From the NCBI GenBank assembly GCA_964016885.1, contig OZ024746.1, forward strand, positions 22,692,001-22,756,000: a stretch of 64,000 bases of DNA, read 5' to 3'. Below the pieces are notes generated by a model. It was given only the letters and a program-made list of their open reading frames with translations, was not told the DNA's origin and searched no databases. The position numbers were made by a program, and so were the translations under genes. The stretch comes from Eledone cirrhosa (lineage: Eukaryota). This document shows, piece after piece, positions 12,871 through 24,510 of this stretch (its first letter is position 1; every line of letters begins with the position of its first letter).

Positions 12871-14399
12871 AATACTTTTGTTTTGTTTTATTGTAGTCTG
12901 AGAAAAGTAAACTTGCTAATGTTTTAAATCATGAGCTTCGAATTACATGTTGATAATAAATAATGTCATAGAAAATAATGAATACTATCATTAAAAAATG
13001 ATTATACCAGTAATGCACTGGGTAATTGCTGGCCTTGTGCCTAAAGTAGAAACAATTATTATTATTTAAATCAGTAGAAAATAAACATTGTTCAAGCTAT
13101 TTCATACAACATTCTGTCGAAGCCAGGAGATTTTATTTTATGATAGTTCTTCATTAATTAATTTTTTTATTGTAAATATTGACATTGTGGTTAGCACCAT
13201 AAAAAGGGGTGAAAAATATTGTTAATACTTGTGTAAATATTTTCAATATGGAGTTATTCCATGTATTAATAGTGAGCAGTTAACAGTGTAGTAATTGGAT
13301 AGTGGTTTAGCACAGTCATTAAAACATATTTGTTCTGGCTCTATGCACTCTGGGTTTATATCTCATTGAAATCAACTTTGCTTTTCATCCTTTCAAGGTC
13401 TATAAATTGTCAGTTAAATACTGGGTCAATTCTTCTTCTTTCTCTAGATTTCTGCCTGGTTTTGCCTCTCTTTCTCTCTGGAAGAAACAAGCTGTGACCA
13501 GACGTGGGGAGAGGAGCTTCACCAGATTTAAAATACCCAAGAAATAACAGTGCTTCAACAACTCTACCAGAGATCAACGAAGGAATCTGTTTATGTGAAA
13601 AAAACTTTCTCAAATGTAGGAATGAAAAAGAAAGCTTCAAGAATGATTTAAAGTGTCTTGAATTCAGAGGATCATCAGGCTGGTGCTTATCTCAGTTTCC
13701 ATGGTCTTAAGTGACTGAGAGTACAAGACTCCCCCTGGACAGGACACCAGTCTAATGTAGGGTTATACCCCCAGCTTTTGCTGGTACTCGTTTTTAGATG
13801 AGTATACTGTAGCAACATGAAATGAAGTGTTTTGCTTAATAAATCTAACCCATGACATTGTGATTGTAAGCCTAACACCTTTATCATTAAGCCACTCACC
13901 TCCCATTCAAGAACCATCTAACATTTAAAAAGAAAACCTGCAGATAAAGCAAAAAAAAAAAAAAAAAATGGTTGAGGTTACTTTCAGGATTTAAAAACTA
14001 AGCTTAAGTATCAATCTACAGTTCTAGAGTGAATAAATTGTTTGTAAAACAAAGTAACAAACAGATTAATTGTATCTTAAAAACATTTCAAAATATCATT
14101 TATTTCTTGTTGATATAACTATAATTGCTCAAACATACAGAAAAAGAAAGCAGTATTGGAAAGGACTATAAATGCCACAAATGAGAGAAAAAGGAGGGAA
14201 AGAGCAAGGGCTGTTAAGCAAAGTACAGAAAACCAGGATAAATATTGCAAAGCATTCTCTTTGACATCCTAATGACTTTGCCAATTCACAGCTTTATTAA
14301 AAAAAAAAAAAGCTATTCTAAATCATCATCATCATTTAACGTCTATCTTCCACGCTAGCATGGGTTTAGAATATATTAATGATTCACTCTGTTATTCAT

Positions 14400-15745
14400 C
14401 AGCAAAACATCACTGCAGTAGCCCACATTAAATTGAATAGCACTGAATAAAAGTTCATCCATTGAACACATATTTTTGGAAACTTGTCATGAAAATGAAC
14501 AAGAATTTGAGTGTCTTTTATTACATACTGAAGTTTAATGACTTTTTAAGGGAAATTTTTTGTGGTGCTTCTATAATTTCTTCGATATCATTGGAAAATT
14601 CTTTTTATATTATGTGATGAGAAAATGTTTTGTGAGCTAGACATTGTTTATCCTTCTGGCATCTTCAACAAATTAAATAAGATGAATATCAAATTTTAAG
14701 GCAGTGGCTTCCAACACTTTTACAACCAAGGACCCCATTTATTTAAATGAATTATCCCACAGACTCCCCACTCAAATACTACCTTCACAGACAGTTATAC
14801 AGCAAGAATAAGAATCAGAGCAGAGAAATGTTTATATCTAGAGAAAAATGGATAAGCCTGTTCATATTAAATCTTCAACAAAGTACTTGAAATTTTGAAT
14901 TTAGCTTGTTGATCCTAGGTTAAGAATTATTGTAAGGAAACAATATGAACCTTATTAAAGTAAAAGAAATATTTTTATCAGTAAAATTACATTTTACAAA
15001 AATAACATTACAAGACATGATTTTTTGGCAGTTTTTGAGTATATAAATAAAAGAAAATAATGGTAGCGATTTTATGTTAGATCCAAACCTGGTTCTCACC
15101 TTCAGTCATTGAAAGATGATATGATGACCAGATTTAAAGACTTTGATGAACTGAAAATACTTGAGTGGACCATGAATTACAATAAATATTTTGCTCACTC
15201 AAACCTATTTGAAGAATTAATAATCTTAGAAAATAATTCTGAAGTTCATGGTCTCCTACAGTTTCTATAAAGTAGACATGAAGCATACAGGCCAAATATA
15301 CCAAACAAGTAGACTAAACTTTGGCAAGAAATATTATTATTGCTCATTACTTTTCCTGTTTTCATGTTTGGTCAAAAGAGGATTCAGTGTTGTGATATAA
15401 TAGTTAACTAAGCTTTCAGACAAATTACTGATTGCAAGTAACTGAAAAAGATTTCAGACTTTCTTTGTCAGACATTGAATCTGATATAGAACATTTGTAA
15501 CTTGGTTTGTCAAACATTGAATTTGATATAGAAGATTTGAAACTTGGTTTGTCAAACATTGAATTTGATATAGAAAATTTGAAACATGGTTTGTCAGACA
15601 TTGAAATCTGATACAGAAAACTCAAGACTTTATTTGTCAAACATTGAACCTGGTATTGAAAAATTTGCAAATCATGAGACTCAAGATTTTGTTTGTCAAA
15701 CACTGAAAATGAGCAAATTACCAGCAGACTCAGAAGAGTCATAAA
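14400..15745 (+). pseudogene. Degenerate hAT transposase remnant (Buster/SCAND3-like), with a probable nested hAT end at ~14702-14770
   Basis: Translations CHENEQEFECLLLHTEV*, DMMTRFKDFDELKILEW, LLLLITFP..VKRGFSVV and LQVTEKDFRLSLSDIESDIE resemble the hAT LLLHTEVRWLSKG motif and the dimerisation domain. Confidence 0.75.
15464..15720 (+). repeat. 42-bp tandem repeat, ~6 units
   Basis: tttgtc(a/g) unit starts at 15464, 15506, 15548, 15590, 15633, 15692. Confidence 0.85.
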
Positions 15746-16760
15746 TGTTATACAAATTTATGATTCATATAAATTCAATGATATATATTTAATGAGTTTT
15801 TACATTAAGTTTATTAAATTTACACATTTTTTTTGTTTTGCAGGGATCTATCTTGTTTCTGTTCATTATTTTCAAGATTATATCTCTATTGTTAGAAGCC
15901 ACATTTCACGAAATACATTCCACAATTATCACAGTTTTTCAGTGTTTGTTCTCATTACTATTTTAGATTTTCGGTAAAATATTTCCTTTACATTCAGAAA
16001 TATCAGAGATCTCTTCACACTCTCTCATAGATGATCGAGTTTGATTTCATTTGGAGATGTAATTCCGACATAGTTGACGATCTTGTCATGATAGGATCAA
16101 GCCAGTCCAGTGGGGCAGCCGGGCCATTTGGCATGGGCACTCCATGTTGAGGGGATCTACTCAACTAAAATTCTAGTTTTGGATTGGTAGAGCATCAGAC
16201 AACATACTTTGTGGCATATAGTTACGTCACTTTACATTTTGAGTTCCAATCCCACCAAGTTAGCTTTGCCTTTCATCCTTACAGGGTCAGTGAAATAAAG
16301 TTCCAGTAGTGCACTGGGGCCGATTTAATCACCTTTCCACTCCCTCCAAATTGTTAACTTTGTGCCCAAATCAGAAACCAATATTCTGTTCTATTACATA
16401 TAAATGCATCATATATACTACATATATATGTACGCATGTAGCCCATATATAAACCATATGTATTTAATGAGCAGTTTGAAATGGGGCCTAACACATGGCC
16501 TGAGCTTATTACCAGCTTGGTGGTGGTGGAGGGTTACATTCTTCATCTGCCCTGAACTTATTACCAACTTTGGAGGCCTACACTTTACCTCTGGTCAAGA
16601 CATATTACCAGCTTTGCACAGGTCATAATAAGACAAAGGATGTAATAAATATTTCAGTTTTGTATAGCATAGTGTCACATCCCTTTTTGATTATCTCTCA
16701 GATAATCTAATTTAATATTTGTATACTAATTCCATTTATCAAAGTGACTTTCTTCTTTTT

Positions 16761-18815
16761 TCATTTTGGAAGAGGAAATCTTTTAATTGGTCCTTCATCA
16801 AGAGCCATGGCAATTTTTAATCGCAAAAGAAATGGCTTTTCCTTGAATGTTTCTGCAATGCTAAGGGCTTTGGCAGCACGTTGTAGTGGTTGGAGGTTCT
16901 GGTACTTCTCATAGCTTGCTAGTGTTTCTTGTACAATCTTGTCTTTGCTACCAGGATAATAAAAAAAGGGTCGATATTTATGAGTTTTGTTAGATCTATG
17001 AACCAACAATTTAGATGTGGAATTATTTTTATCATTCCTTTTATCATCATCCACAATTTTATGAACTTTTTCATTTTTATTAATAACTGGAAGACTTCTA
17101 GAACACTTTCCTGTTTCTATATTTAGTTTAGGTAGAATTTTTAGCTGAGCATTTTTTCTTATCGATGGAGTAACATTTTCTGGTGTAGGATTATTTTTAT
17201 CATGTCTTTTATTACCATCTTCTATTTTACGAACCTTTTCATATTTGTTGTTATTTACTGGAAGACTTTCTGAACACTTTACCATTTCTGTGTTTAGTTT
17301 AGGTAAAATTGTTGGCTGAGCACTTTTTTCTATTGATGATGTAACATTTTCTGAACTGAGTCCTATGTCTGGACTTTTTTCCATTTGTTCACTAGGTGAT
17401 GTATTTGCATTAAAATCAATTTTTAGAAGCTTTAGTGTATTATTATGAATGTTTTGGTTTTGGTTACTACTGCTCCCACTAGATAATGCTGGGGAGGATT
17501 TTTCGGGTCGTTTACGATTTGGTGACTTGACTCTAGATTCATCTATTGGCAAAGATTTTCTCATATGATTTCCACTTCGTTTCCTTATTGAGCATTCTGA
17601 TACATTTTCTCGTCGTCCTCTTGATGAGTTAATATTATGGCGATACCTTTCATTATTTATATGTAAAGAACTTCTCACTAACCTTTGATTATATTTCTTA
17701 TTTTGTGGAGTAGGCCTACTATTAATTTGACTTGGTGAATAACCATCTACCAAGACACCAAAAGTAACCAGTGGGCCTTTATTTTTGTTACCTAATTTGA
17801 TAGAAGATTTTTCAGGTCCCCGAGAGATGAAAACTTGGTTTTTCGCTCGATCTGCCCAGAGTAGCATTTTAGAATATAATATAACAGGTAGTGATAATTC
17901 TTTAGAAACCTGAACCTTAGTCCATTGCTTGGCAAGTAAAAAGGAAGCACATTGTTTCATTTTTCGATGCAGACTAATTGCCAAAGCGTTCTGACCAAAA
18001 CCATCTTTGGCCAACAAACAGCATATATCATGAGATACAAAGAGACGTAGAAGTACATATTGTCCTTGGTATGAAGCTTCATGAACTGGTGCTTTCAGAC
18101 AGTAGATATTGGAGTGTTCATAGCACCATTGTCTTGATGGATGTTCACCAACTGCTTCATCTGATCTGATGCCCAGCTTTATTACATAAGAAGCCAAATC
18201 TACATTGCCAAAATGGGCAGATATATACAAAGCTACTTTCAGTTGAAATTTTGCTATAACTTCATCAGATGAAATGGATGAGACGACAGATTTGGTTTGA
18301 CCTGCAATGGCATGATGAAGAAAGTCGTTCCAGCCATCCCATGTTTCCATAACAATACGCATTCCATTAAAGATGTTGTAGTCATAAAGCCGATATGAAT
18401 CATACATTTCTTGCTCTCCTGGGCTTATTAATCGGGACACAGACACTGGAAGTCCTGTGTGTTCAGATATTCTTTGTCGAAGTTCTGAAACTTTCATTTC
18501 ACTAATCCAGTTGACATCATTAATGGAGAATGTTTCATTGTTGTATCGACAGTAGACATACAGAGACGGACGACTTGCCGCCTTCAAAATCAACTTTATA
18601 GTGGAGCCAGGTAAAATCTTTAGATCTCCAATAATCCATGAATCGTTCAGTTCTGAACCAGCAAACTTCAGTGCTAGAACTTTCTGCTGTTCTTTAAAGA
18701 CAGTTGAGTTTAAACCAAATTTCAATGAAACGTAATCTTTGGCCTGTTTAACAGTTATGTTTGTTGATATGTTACATGATATTCTTTCATTTTCATAACT
18801 TAGGAAAAGTAACAT
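16761..18815 (-). CDS. ANKUB1: Ankyrin repeat and ubiquitin domain-containing protein 1-like (two Ubl domains, ankyrin repeats, disordered middle, conserved C-terminal helix), single ORF
   Basis: From recall of vertebrate ANKUB1: LKFAGSELNDSW, GLPVSV, EMYD, WDGWNDFL, VALYISAHFG, EAVGEHPSRQWC, PVHEAS, GQNAL, FKEKP all match; possible ATTAAA polyA signal at 16711-16716 (-). Confidence 0.9.
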   Translation of the reverse strand: MLLFLSYENERISCNISTNITVKQAKDYVSLKFGLNSTVFKEQQKVLALKFAGSELNDSWIIGDLKILPGSTIKLILKAASRPSLYVYCRYNNETFSINDVNWISEMKVSELRQRISEHTGLPVSVSRLISPGEQEMYDSYRLYDYNIFNGMRIVMETWDGWNDFLHHAIAGQTKSVVSSISSDEVIAKFQLKVALYISAHFGNVDLASYVIKLGIRSDEAVGEHPSRQWCYEHSNIYCLKAPVHEASYQGQYVLLRLFVSHDICCLLAKDGFGQNALAISLHRKMKQCASFLLAKQWTKVQVSKELSLPVILYSKMLLWADRAKNQVFISRGPEKSSIKLGNKNKGPLVTFGVLVDGYSPSQINSRPTPQNKKYNQRLVRSSLHINNERYRHNINSSRGRRENVSECSIRKRSGNHMRKSLPIDESRVKSPNRKRPEKSSPALSSGSSSNQNQNIHNNTLKLLKIDFNANTSPSEQMEKSPDIGLSSENVTSSIEKSAQPTILPKLNTEMVKCSESLPVNNNKYEKVRKIEDGNKRHDKNNPTPENVTPSIRKNAQLKILPKLNIETGKCSRSLPVINKNEKVHKIVDDDKRNDKNNSTSKLLVHRSNKTHKYRPFFYYPGSKDKIVQETLASYEKYQNLQPLQRAAKALSIAETFKEKPFLLRLKIAMALDEGPIKRFPLPK

Positions 18816-18879
18816 TGTAAAGAGAGAAACCGAGAATTACAGAGAATACAAGTGTATTGTTTCTTATATGAATACTGTA

Positions 18880-19245
18880 GGGGCGAAGGTCTGTGGCTTA
18901 GTGGTTAAGGTGTTCAGCTCACAATTGTAAGGGTGAGTTTAAATGTCAGTGGCACATTGTGTTCTTGAGCAAGACACATCATTTCACATTTATTCATGTT
19001 GCTGAAGCTCTCTGGGAATTGCATTAAGGATACTCATCCACTTAGACTATAATACCAGATGGACTGTATCTGTAATTCACATGAACAGCTTTGTCAGAGG
19101 GTGTGTAATGCTGAATTTACCTAAAATGTACATTAAGGGTACACATGTCTGTGAATACTCAGTCACATGCCTGTTAATTTCATAAGCAATTGTTCCGTTG
19201 TTTGAAGAGCTGGAACCCTCATCAGAATCAGCAGAAGTCCAACAC
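18880..19245 (+). mobile_element. tRNA/CORE-like SINE, third tail type; related copies at ~31685-31945(-) and ~49520-50065(-)
   Basis: gtggcttagtggttaaggtgttcagctcac...gttcttgagcaagacac...gtacacatgtctgtgaatactcagtcac. Confidence 0.6.
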
Positions 19246-20870
19246 CCTATTATTGTAGGTTACTTGTAATTATATTACCATAATTAGCTTTAATTAGCTA
19301 ATTGATTAGATAAAGTTATGTGATGAGGGAGACAAAATATGAACTGCATTTTATATCAAAGTTGTTTAAACTTCTAAATAATTCTGTTAACTTGATCCAT
19401 ACACTTGCTATTTTGTCACGAATTGCTAATGTGTAAGTTCCCACTTAATGTTAATGTTAAAGTGCCAAAGGTTATAATTTTTAATGGAAAAATAATTGCT
19501 AAATTTTAATGTGATTTGAATGCTAAAGTTCTAAAGAATGAGAATGACATATTGAAAATGAAAGATTATTTATCATGACTATATTCTCACATCATTAGAA
19601 ATTTGGATATATTTTATTATTATTATTATTATTGAAGCATTGGATGGTTTCTCTGTCAGATCAAGTAGATTCCTATTAAAATAGAAAATAAATGACAAAA
19701 TATTAGAAATAGAGAATCGAAGTGTTTGAAATTTAAAAAATAAAACATAAAACAACATAAACTTTGATTTCATTATTTTCAATAAAATCGTGTTTTTGAC
19801 TTCCGTGTTTTTAAATGTTATGATTCTGTAGATTATATAAATCACATTTTTTCAGCAATTGATTAAATAGGAATAAATCAGTAATGTACTTTACAAAGAA
19901 ACTTTCATTGTTCAAGATAAATGCATAAGTTAGTAAATCGGTAGAACTCCAGGAGCATTGTATTTATTGTTTTGTGGTATTTATTTTTGGAGTTCAAATC
20001 CTATAAAGATCAACTTTGCCATTCATCCTTTTAGGTCCTCTCAACCTGTTTTAGGTTTGCTTTCTACAGCAGGGTGCTCTTCACATTACAGAGTGTACTG
20101 GCTGCATTTTCATGTCACCAATGCTAGAGAGGTTCTCAGTCCTTGTCTCAACAGAAGAGCCCTCTCTGCTTTGTAGGGGTTGGTGGGAAGGGAGATAAGT
20201 ATGAAGTTATGGCAAGTTATGACTGGGTGATAAGTGTGAGCCCCATGAGTTGGAGTGGTTGTCACCATTCTCCAGTAACAATCTCTTCCTGTCAGCCAGG
20301 ACCACGAGGCGGACTGACTTTTGAACAATGAGTGGTATATACAGATCACACACATACACACACACAGACACACAAAAACATCAGTTAATTTCTTAAATCC
20401 AGAGAATGTACCAAAGTTTTAAAAGTGGGATTTAGTAGACAGAACATAACAGTCGATCAACAAGATCCTAGACTTCATTTGCTTAACGAGCTGGGTGGAG
20501 CTCATCAAATTGGACCAAGGAAACAATGTTTCCATTGGTCTTTCCAATTGCTAATACTATCTACTGGTCGCAAATCCAGGTAGAAGGAGCAGCATGAAAT
20601 AAAGTGTCTTACTCAAGGACATAACACAACGCCTGGTCTGGGAATCAAACTCACAGCCTCACGATTGCGAATTCAATTCTCTAACCACTCATCCCCTCGC
20701 TTTCACAAGTAGACAGAAACTGTATGCATTGTACCTGTAATTGAAAGACTCAACCTTGTCATAAATTGTATCACATTACTTCTGTGTCACTTAAATGTTA
20801 ATTTAATGATTATGACATCATATTGACTGTACAATTGAAACACTCATTGTCAAAACCAACTGTGATACTA

Positions 20871-21049
20871 CAAAGGCAGGCTGAATAGTTCATAGGCTGA
20901 CTGTGAAATCTTCTATGCATTAATTTCAACTCTTCTTATTAATAACTGCATTGTTTTTGTTTTCCAGGGACTATGTTGAAAAATAAACCTCATTTGGTTA
21001 TTCCATGAAAGTATCTTGGTCAGCCTATGAACTTTTCAATCAACCCTGG
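20871..21049. mobile_element. Mariner-type MITE
   Basis: Imperfect TIRs sharing gaa(t/a)agttcataggctgac, TA on both flanks; partial copy at ~32796-32905. Confidence 0.75.
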
Positions 21050-21113
21050 TATATATATATATATATATATATATATACAAATTACTGGCACCTCCTTAAA
21101 CAGGTGGATACCA

Positions 21114-21171
<58 letters not shown>

Positions 21172-21173
<2 letters not shown>

Positions 21174-21375
21174 CGAAGGAAATGTGGTAAGGAACCAGGT
21201 GGACCATAACGCACAAAAGTACTCAATACTTGAGGTAGTAGAGTGGGTAATAGGAACCAGTAAGACCCCGACAGCTGAGCTCAAGCCGTTTCGACGGCTA
21301 ATTCTGGACTAATTTAGTCCAGAATTAGCCGTCGAAACGGCTTGAGCTCAGCTGTCGGGATCTTACTGGTTCCTA
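21172..21375 (-). mobile_element. Family A copy 2 with a ~63-bp fold-back arm
   Basis: Arms 21250-21312 / 21314-21376 (1 mismatch); (TA)n on both sides; flanked by a 37-bp direct repeat. Confidence 0.7.
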
Positions 21376-21434
21376 TATATATATATATATATATATACAA
21401 ATTACTGGCACCTCCTTAAACAGGTGGATACCAG

Positions 21435-21473
<39 letters not shown>

Positions 21474-21630
21474 AAATGTGCAGTGCAAGGACCAGAAAGA
21501 CCACAGTTTAAGGCAGTAGCTGATGATTTACACAAACATTACTCTTGGAAATACTTGTGAAAGGAATTTAAGTTGAAACACCTGGGTTCTCTGTTGGGAT
21601 TTTACCTCTTCACTATATACACATATATAT

Positions 21631-21832
21631 GTAGTTTACAGGTGAGAGAAAAGAGAACTCAATACCAAAGTAGAGTTTAAATATTCATTTATAGTGGCTA
21701 AGTAGTGACTTTTGTTACTCTGGAGTTTCACATGATCACTCGCAGAATCATCACGTCTTGTCTGATGACAAGAGTGCACAGGTGAAACTTCAGAGTAACA
21801 AGACTTCCTACTTAGCCATAATAAATGAATAT
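21631..21832. mobile_element. Family B: inverted pair of diverged pLTR-like units
   Basis: 21631-21753(-) and 21755-21832(+) share gaaact(c/t)cagagtaacaa...ctacttagcca...ataaatgaata. Confidence 0.6.
21755..21804 (+). ncRNA. Type I hammerhead ribozyme motif (core intact, stem II weak)
   Basis: gtcttgt-CTGATGA-(15 nt)-GAA-ACT tcag AGT-A-acaagac; 7-bp stem I, 3-bp stem III, GUA cleavage triplet. Confidence 0.7.
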
Positions 21833-22077
21833 ATACATATATATATATTATACTATATTATTTATTAATGTTCATACATAGAACAAAAGAGCTACCTAAG
21901 GTTTCAAGGTCCAATACAGTCGCAATGGCATGCAAACTGCATCTCGGTCTACATAGCTGACATTCAATTCCTGGTGATGTGTGATTATCAAGCAAGCCTG
22001 GGACTGTTTGTGCTGGCACTAAGATTCTAGCTAGTCCCAGATCACCCAGAAGAATTTTTTTTTATGTATATATACAT

Positions 22078-22413
22078 GTATGGCTTAGTGGTTAGAGCAT
22101 TGGCCTTGCAATTGAAAGGTTGTGAGTTCAATTCTTAGACCGGGTGATGTGTTGTTTCCTTGAGCAAGACACTTTATTTCACATTGCTCCAGTTTACTCA
22201 GCTGTAGAAATGAGATGATAGGGACTGGGTTCCCTATCATTCCACTGCAAAGTGGTCGTGGAGGTGCCATGGCAAAAAAGCACCCAGCACTCACTGTAAA
22301 TGAGGTTGGTGTTAGGAAGGGCATCCAGCTGTAGAAATCAAGCCAGAATCAGTTCCCATCCCACCCTTGCTAGCAGGGAAAAAGCGGACGTAAAATGAAA
22401 TGATGATGATGAT
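22078..22413 (+). mobile_element. tRNA-derived SINE with CORE-like body and chimeric RTE tail
   Basis: A/B boxes, ccttgagcaagacactttatttcac body, a segment matching ~12037-12202, then the 3' end matching 2893-2948. Confidence 0.87.
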
Positions 22414-22924
22414 ATGAGCTAGGCTTCTGAAGATTGTCTACAAAGTTTCACTCACAAGATAATGGGCATTGATCAACATAAGACTACACCTTAAGTAGAA
22501 GACACTTACTCAAGGTGCCATGCAGTAGGACTGAACCCAGAACCACATAGTTACAAAATGAACTTCTTACCCACATAGCCATGACTATGCCTATACGTAT
22601 ACATGTAGTAATAAATAAAATATGAAGCAAGATCCATCTTACACTGAGAATGTTACTGTGATCTATCAACAAAACATTGTATATATAATTAATGCTGTTA
22701 ACATTGTTAACAGAACTACAGGTTTCAGTCCTGCAGGTGAAATATGTGCAGAAGATTGTGTAATATATAATATATAATGTACATAGTGTGAAACAAATAA
22801 GATTTTTAGAGAACAAAACTATAATACATCTTTTTGATTAGTTATAGTCATGTCTTTGGCTTCCTTCATTTGCTGATGTATTTGTTGATATTAAACAAAG
22901 AAAGGTATTATTCAACAATAACAG

Positions 22925-22981
<57 letters not shown>

Positions 22982-23350
22982 TATACACACACACACATAT
23001 ATATATATAGTGAGTTTGTGCATTTTACTTTAATCTTGATAACTATGATAGGTTTCAGCCAGTATTGGCCCAGGCCATCTCACACTATGTGGTTAGACAT
23101 GCAAATATCATCATCATCACTGTTCAAAGTTTATTTTCCAAACTTGCATCTGTTGAGGCTGGATGTGTCAGGTGTCTATGTCTTGCTTGTAGTATATTTC
23201 ATTTTGTCTTAGTTTCTATGGCTGGATGCCCTTCCTAACACCAACCACTTTACTGCATGTACTGGGAACATGGTTTTTATTGTTGGGTGCCCTTCCTAAT
23301 GCCTACTACTTTTCAGCATATACTCGATGCATTTTATCATTCCTTTGGTA

Positions 23351-24043
23351 TAACCACCTAGTGACTTCCCTCTCATTAGCTGGCTGGTTGCTATTTCTTG
23401 CAGACTAAACAACCACCTAGTAACTTCCTTCTCATTGACTGGCTGGTTGATTACTATTTCTAGCAGGCTAAACAACCACCTAGTGACTTTCCTCTCATTA
23501 ACTAGCTGGTTATTATTTCTAGCAGGTTAAACAACCACCTAGTGACTTCCCTCTCAGTAACTGACTGGTTGTTATTTCTAGCAGGTTAAACAACCATCTA
23601 GTGACTTCCCTCTCATTAACTGGCTGGTTGCTATTTCTAGCAGGTTAAACAACCACCTAGTGACTTCCCTCTCATTAACTGGCTGGTTGCTATTTCTAGC
23701 AGGTTAGACAACCACCTAGTGACTTCCCTCTCATTAACTGGCTGGTTGCTATTTTTAGCAGGTTAAACAACCACCTAGTGACTTCCCTCTCATTAACTGG
23801 CTGGTTGCTATTTTTAGCAGGTTAAACAACCACCTAGTGACTTCCCTCTCATTAACTGGCTGGTTGCTATTTCTAGCAGGTTAGACAACCACCTAGTGAC
23901 TTCCCTCTCATTAACTGGCTGGTTGCTATTTTTAGCAGGTTAAACAACCACCTAGTGACTTCCCTCTCATTAACTGGCTGGTTGCTATTTTTAGCAGGTT
24001 AAACAACCACCTAGTGACTTCCCTCTCATTAACTGGCTGGTTG
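23351..24043 (+). repeat. 59-bp minisatellite, ~11.7 copies
   Basis: Unit aacaaccacctagtgacttccctctcattaactggctggttgctatttctagcaggtta; head-to-tail with no spacers. Confidence 0.97.
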
Positions 24044-24409
24044 TCCTTCATTTAACATAGTTGTGAGTTTTGGTCTCTTGAAACCTGCTGCTACTGAATG
24101 AATCCCCAGACCAGATTGTCAGCAATGCTCTCTGACATGACTGGACATGTCTTGTGGTGAGAGGAGGAGAAGGTGGCGGATGAGACAACGAAGGGGAGTT
24201 CGGGGATGGAGATAAGGTGTGTTGGTGACGTCATTTTTGTTCTGCTTCACTCAGACACGATTTACATTTGTCCTTTACTTCTTTATTCAACAAATTTCAA
24301 TAAAATTATAAAATATTTGCAATTAAAAAAAAATCAGAAACAATTAAATAATGAAAGTCGGGGGGAAGTGGAAAGGAATAACAGATTCTACAGCCCAGTA
24401 TGGGAAAGT

Positions 24410-24510
24410 GAACCTCAGGTGTGCCTTGCTGACAAGATGGTGAAAGCATTACAGTGGAGAATAGCCCATGATACCCGCTTCATCAGCCATTCCACCTTTT
24501 GGAGCTCTTC
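24410..24510 (-). mobile_element. CRE-like retrotransposon 3' fragment
   Basis: Reverse complement translates VEWLMKRVSWAILHCNAFTILSAR, similar to 38210-38285. Confidence 0.55.

Noticed and set aside
21512-21596. Hammerhead candidate (CTGATGA 21520...GAAAC 21575)
   Set aside because: Long, poorly pairing stem II and an imperfect stem I; cannot be distinguished from chance
22078-22145. tRNA gene
   Set aside because: A/B boxes belong to multi-copy SINE heads continuing into SINE bodies; no intact cloverleaf seen
23351-24043. Possible CRISPR array
   Set aside because: Head-to-tail near-identical units with no unique spacers, no cas genes, eukaryotic context
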